In this document: positions 62,880-64,000 of the stretch, piece after piece
Layout of the letters: the number at the start of each line of letters is the position of its first letter
Position numbering within the stretch: the stretch's first letter is position 1
Source of the DNA: Lama guanicoe
Lineage: Eukaryota
Assembly (NCBI GenBank): GCA_013239625.1
Contig: MU054323.1
Coordinates: 8,483,220 to 8,547,219, forward strand
Reading direction: 5' to 3'
Length of the DNA: 64,000 nt
Translations under genes and position numbers: made by a program
The notes under the pieces: model-generated
What the model was told of the DNA's origin: nothing
Database searches by the model: none
Seen by the model: only the letters and a program-made list of their open reading frames with translations

Positions 62880-62961
62880 TGTGGCTGGGGATCATGCTGC
62901 CTGTGCTGGGCATCAAGTCTCTGTCTCCTTTCGCCATTGCCTACCTAGATCGGCTGCTCCT
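62880..62961 (+). CDS. TMEM214: TMEM214 exon 7 (VWLGIMLPVLGIKSLSPFAIAYLDRLL)
   Basis: ccttttcag| ... |gtgagt. 82 nt. Confidence 0.93.
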
Positions 62962-63264
62962 GTGAGTGATGGCAGGGCCAGGGGCAGGGAGAAGTGCGGA
63001 TCAGCAAGGGGAAGGCCCAGGGTGTTGGCAGGTGGCTATTTCAGCAAAATGGGATGCTGTGATCCTGGTTTCCTTAGATAGGAGGAAAATCAAGACCAGC
63101 TCCTTCCAACTCAGGATGTGATGGTCAAGAAGGAAAGAGAGAGAGCCCTTAAGGGGTGGGGAATGGGGTAGAGTTTATGTCCTTTTTCCTAGATGATGTT
63201 CTCAGCTGGGACCGTGGTCTGGGTAGGTGGTCCCTAGTAAACCTGTTTCTTTCTTCCTCCATAG

Positions 63265-63366
63265 GATGCACCCCAACCTCACCAAGGGCTTTGGCATGAT
63301 TGGCCCCAAGGACTTCTTCCCACTTCTGGACTTTGCCTATATGCCCAACAACTCCCTGACTCCCAG
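63265..63366 (+). CDS. TMEM214: TMEM214 exon 8 (MHPNLTKGFGMIGPKDFFPLLDFAYMPNNSLTP)
   Basis: cctccatag| ... |gtagga. 102 nt. Confidence 0.93.
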
Positions 63367-63738
63367 GTAGGACTGCCCTGGGGCACAACCTGCTGTGAAG
63401 GATCCCAGCAGAGGGTTAGTAGGAGACAGTATGGTCCTGTCCCTTCTCCTCCAGCCACCCTAGGTCTGAGATTATCAGCCTGCAAGTTCAAGGGGCCAGG
63501 GAACCCCTGCAATTATATGGCCCTTAAGTGTGATTGGCATATGGGCATTTTCCTGGGGAGAGGACTCGAAGCAAATTTTCCAAGGAGTCTGTGGGTCTAG
63601 AAAGATTCAGAACTATTGCAACGTCCTTAGTGACTCCCCACCTGTCAGGCAGGGTACAGACTCTGAGGCAGGCAGAAGGGATACAGGGCACAGGTCCATT
63701 CAGAGCCTGTGCCTGACTCTGCTCTCAACCCCCCACAG

Positions 63739-63880
63739 CCTGCAGGAGCAGCTGTGTCAGCTCTACCCACGGCTCAAGGTGCTGGCATTCGGAGCAAAGC
63801 CGGAATCCACCCTGCATACCTACTTCCCCTCCTTCCTGTCCAGAGCCACTCCCAGCTGCCCTCCAGAGATGAAAAAAGAG
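63739..63880 (+). CDS. TMEM214: TMEM214 exon 9 (SLQEQLCQLYPRLKVLAFGAKPESTLHTYFPSFLSRATPSCPPEMKKE); gene continues beyond window
   Basis: ccccacag| ... |gtgagg. 142 nt. Cumulative 1146 nt stays in frame. Confidence 0.93.
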
Positions 63881-64000
63881 GTGAGGAAATGGTGGGAGCT
63901 CCTTTTTCCTTCCCAGGAGTCTGCTGCATCAGTCCCTGTATGCTGACAAAGGCCCTGCTTCAGGGAGCCCACTTCCAGGGCATCCCCTTAGCTCACTCCT

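Noticed and set aside
1..64000. CRISPR arrays, prokaryotic operons or foreign DNA inserts
   Set aside because: No regularly spaced repeat-spacer arrays or long intronless ORFs seen. The composition is consistent with mammalian genomic DNA throughout.

Overview
Mammalian genomic DNA, probably a camelid: it carries tRNA-Ala-derived vic-1-type SINEs and camelid-looking L1 3' ends. Two + strand genes lie in tandem. (1) MAPRE3 (EB3, a microtubule plus-end tracking protein) is complete: a CpG-island promoter and non-coding exon 1 at about 8.4-8.5 kb, a ~42 kb repeat-rich intron 1, six coding exons at 50989-54770 (846 nt, 281 aa) and a polyA signal at 55613. (2) TMEM214 is partial: a CpG-island promoter and coding exons 1-9 at 59506-63880, continuing past the window end. 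The rest is interspersed repeats (L1, L2, L3, MIR, MamSINE1, MLT1, MER/Tigger). The most interesting signal is that the 7 nominally untranslated bases at the start of MAPRE3 exon 2 still read (S)-W-G in frame with the start codon, as at the junction of the N-terminal extension of the paralog EB2. At least two upstream ATG-containing candidate exons (8125-8135 and 42055/42118-42230) end in phase-2 AG|GT donors that would give N-terminally extended EB3 isoforms. The MAPRE3 promoter also holds a cluster of five RFX X-box-like motifs. Repeat family names come from recalled consensus similarity, not from a search, and their boundaries are approximate.
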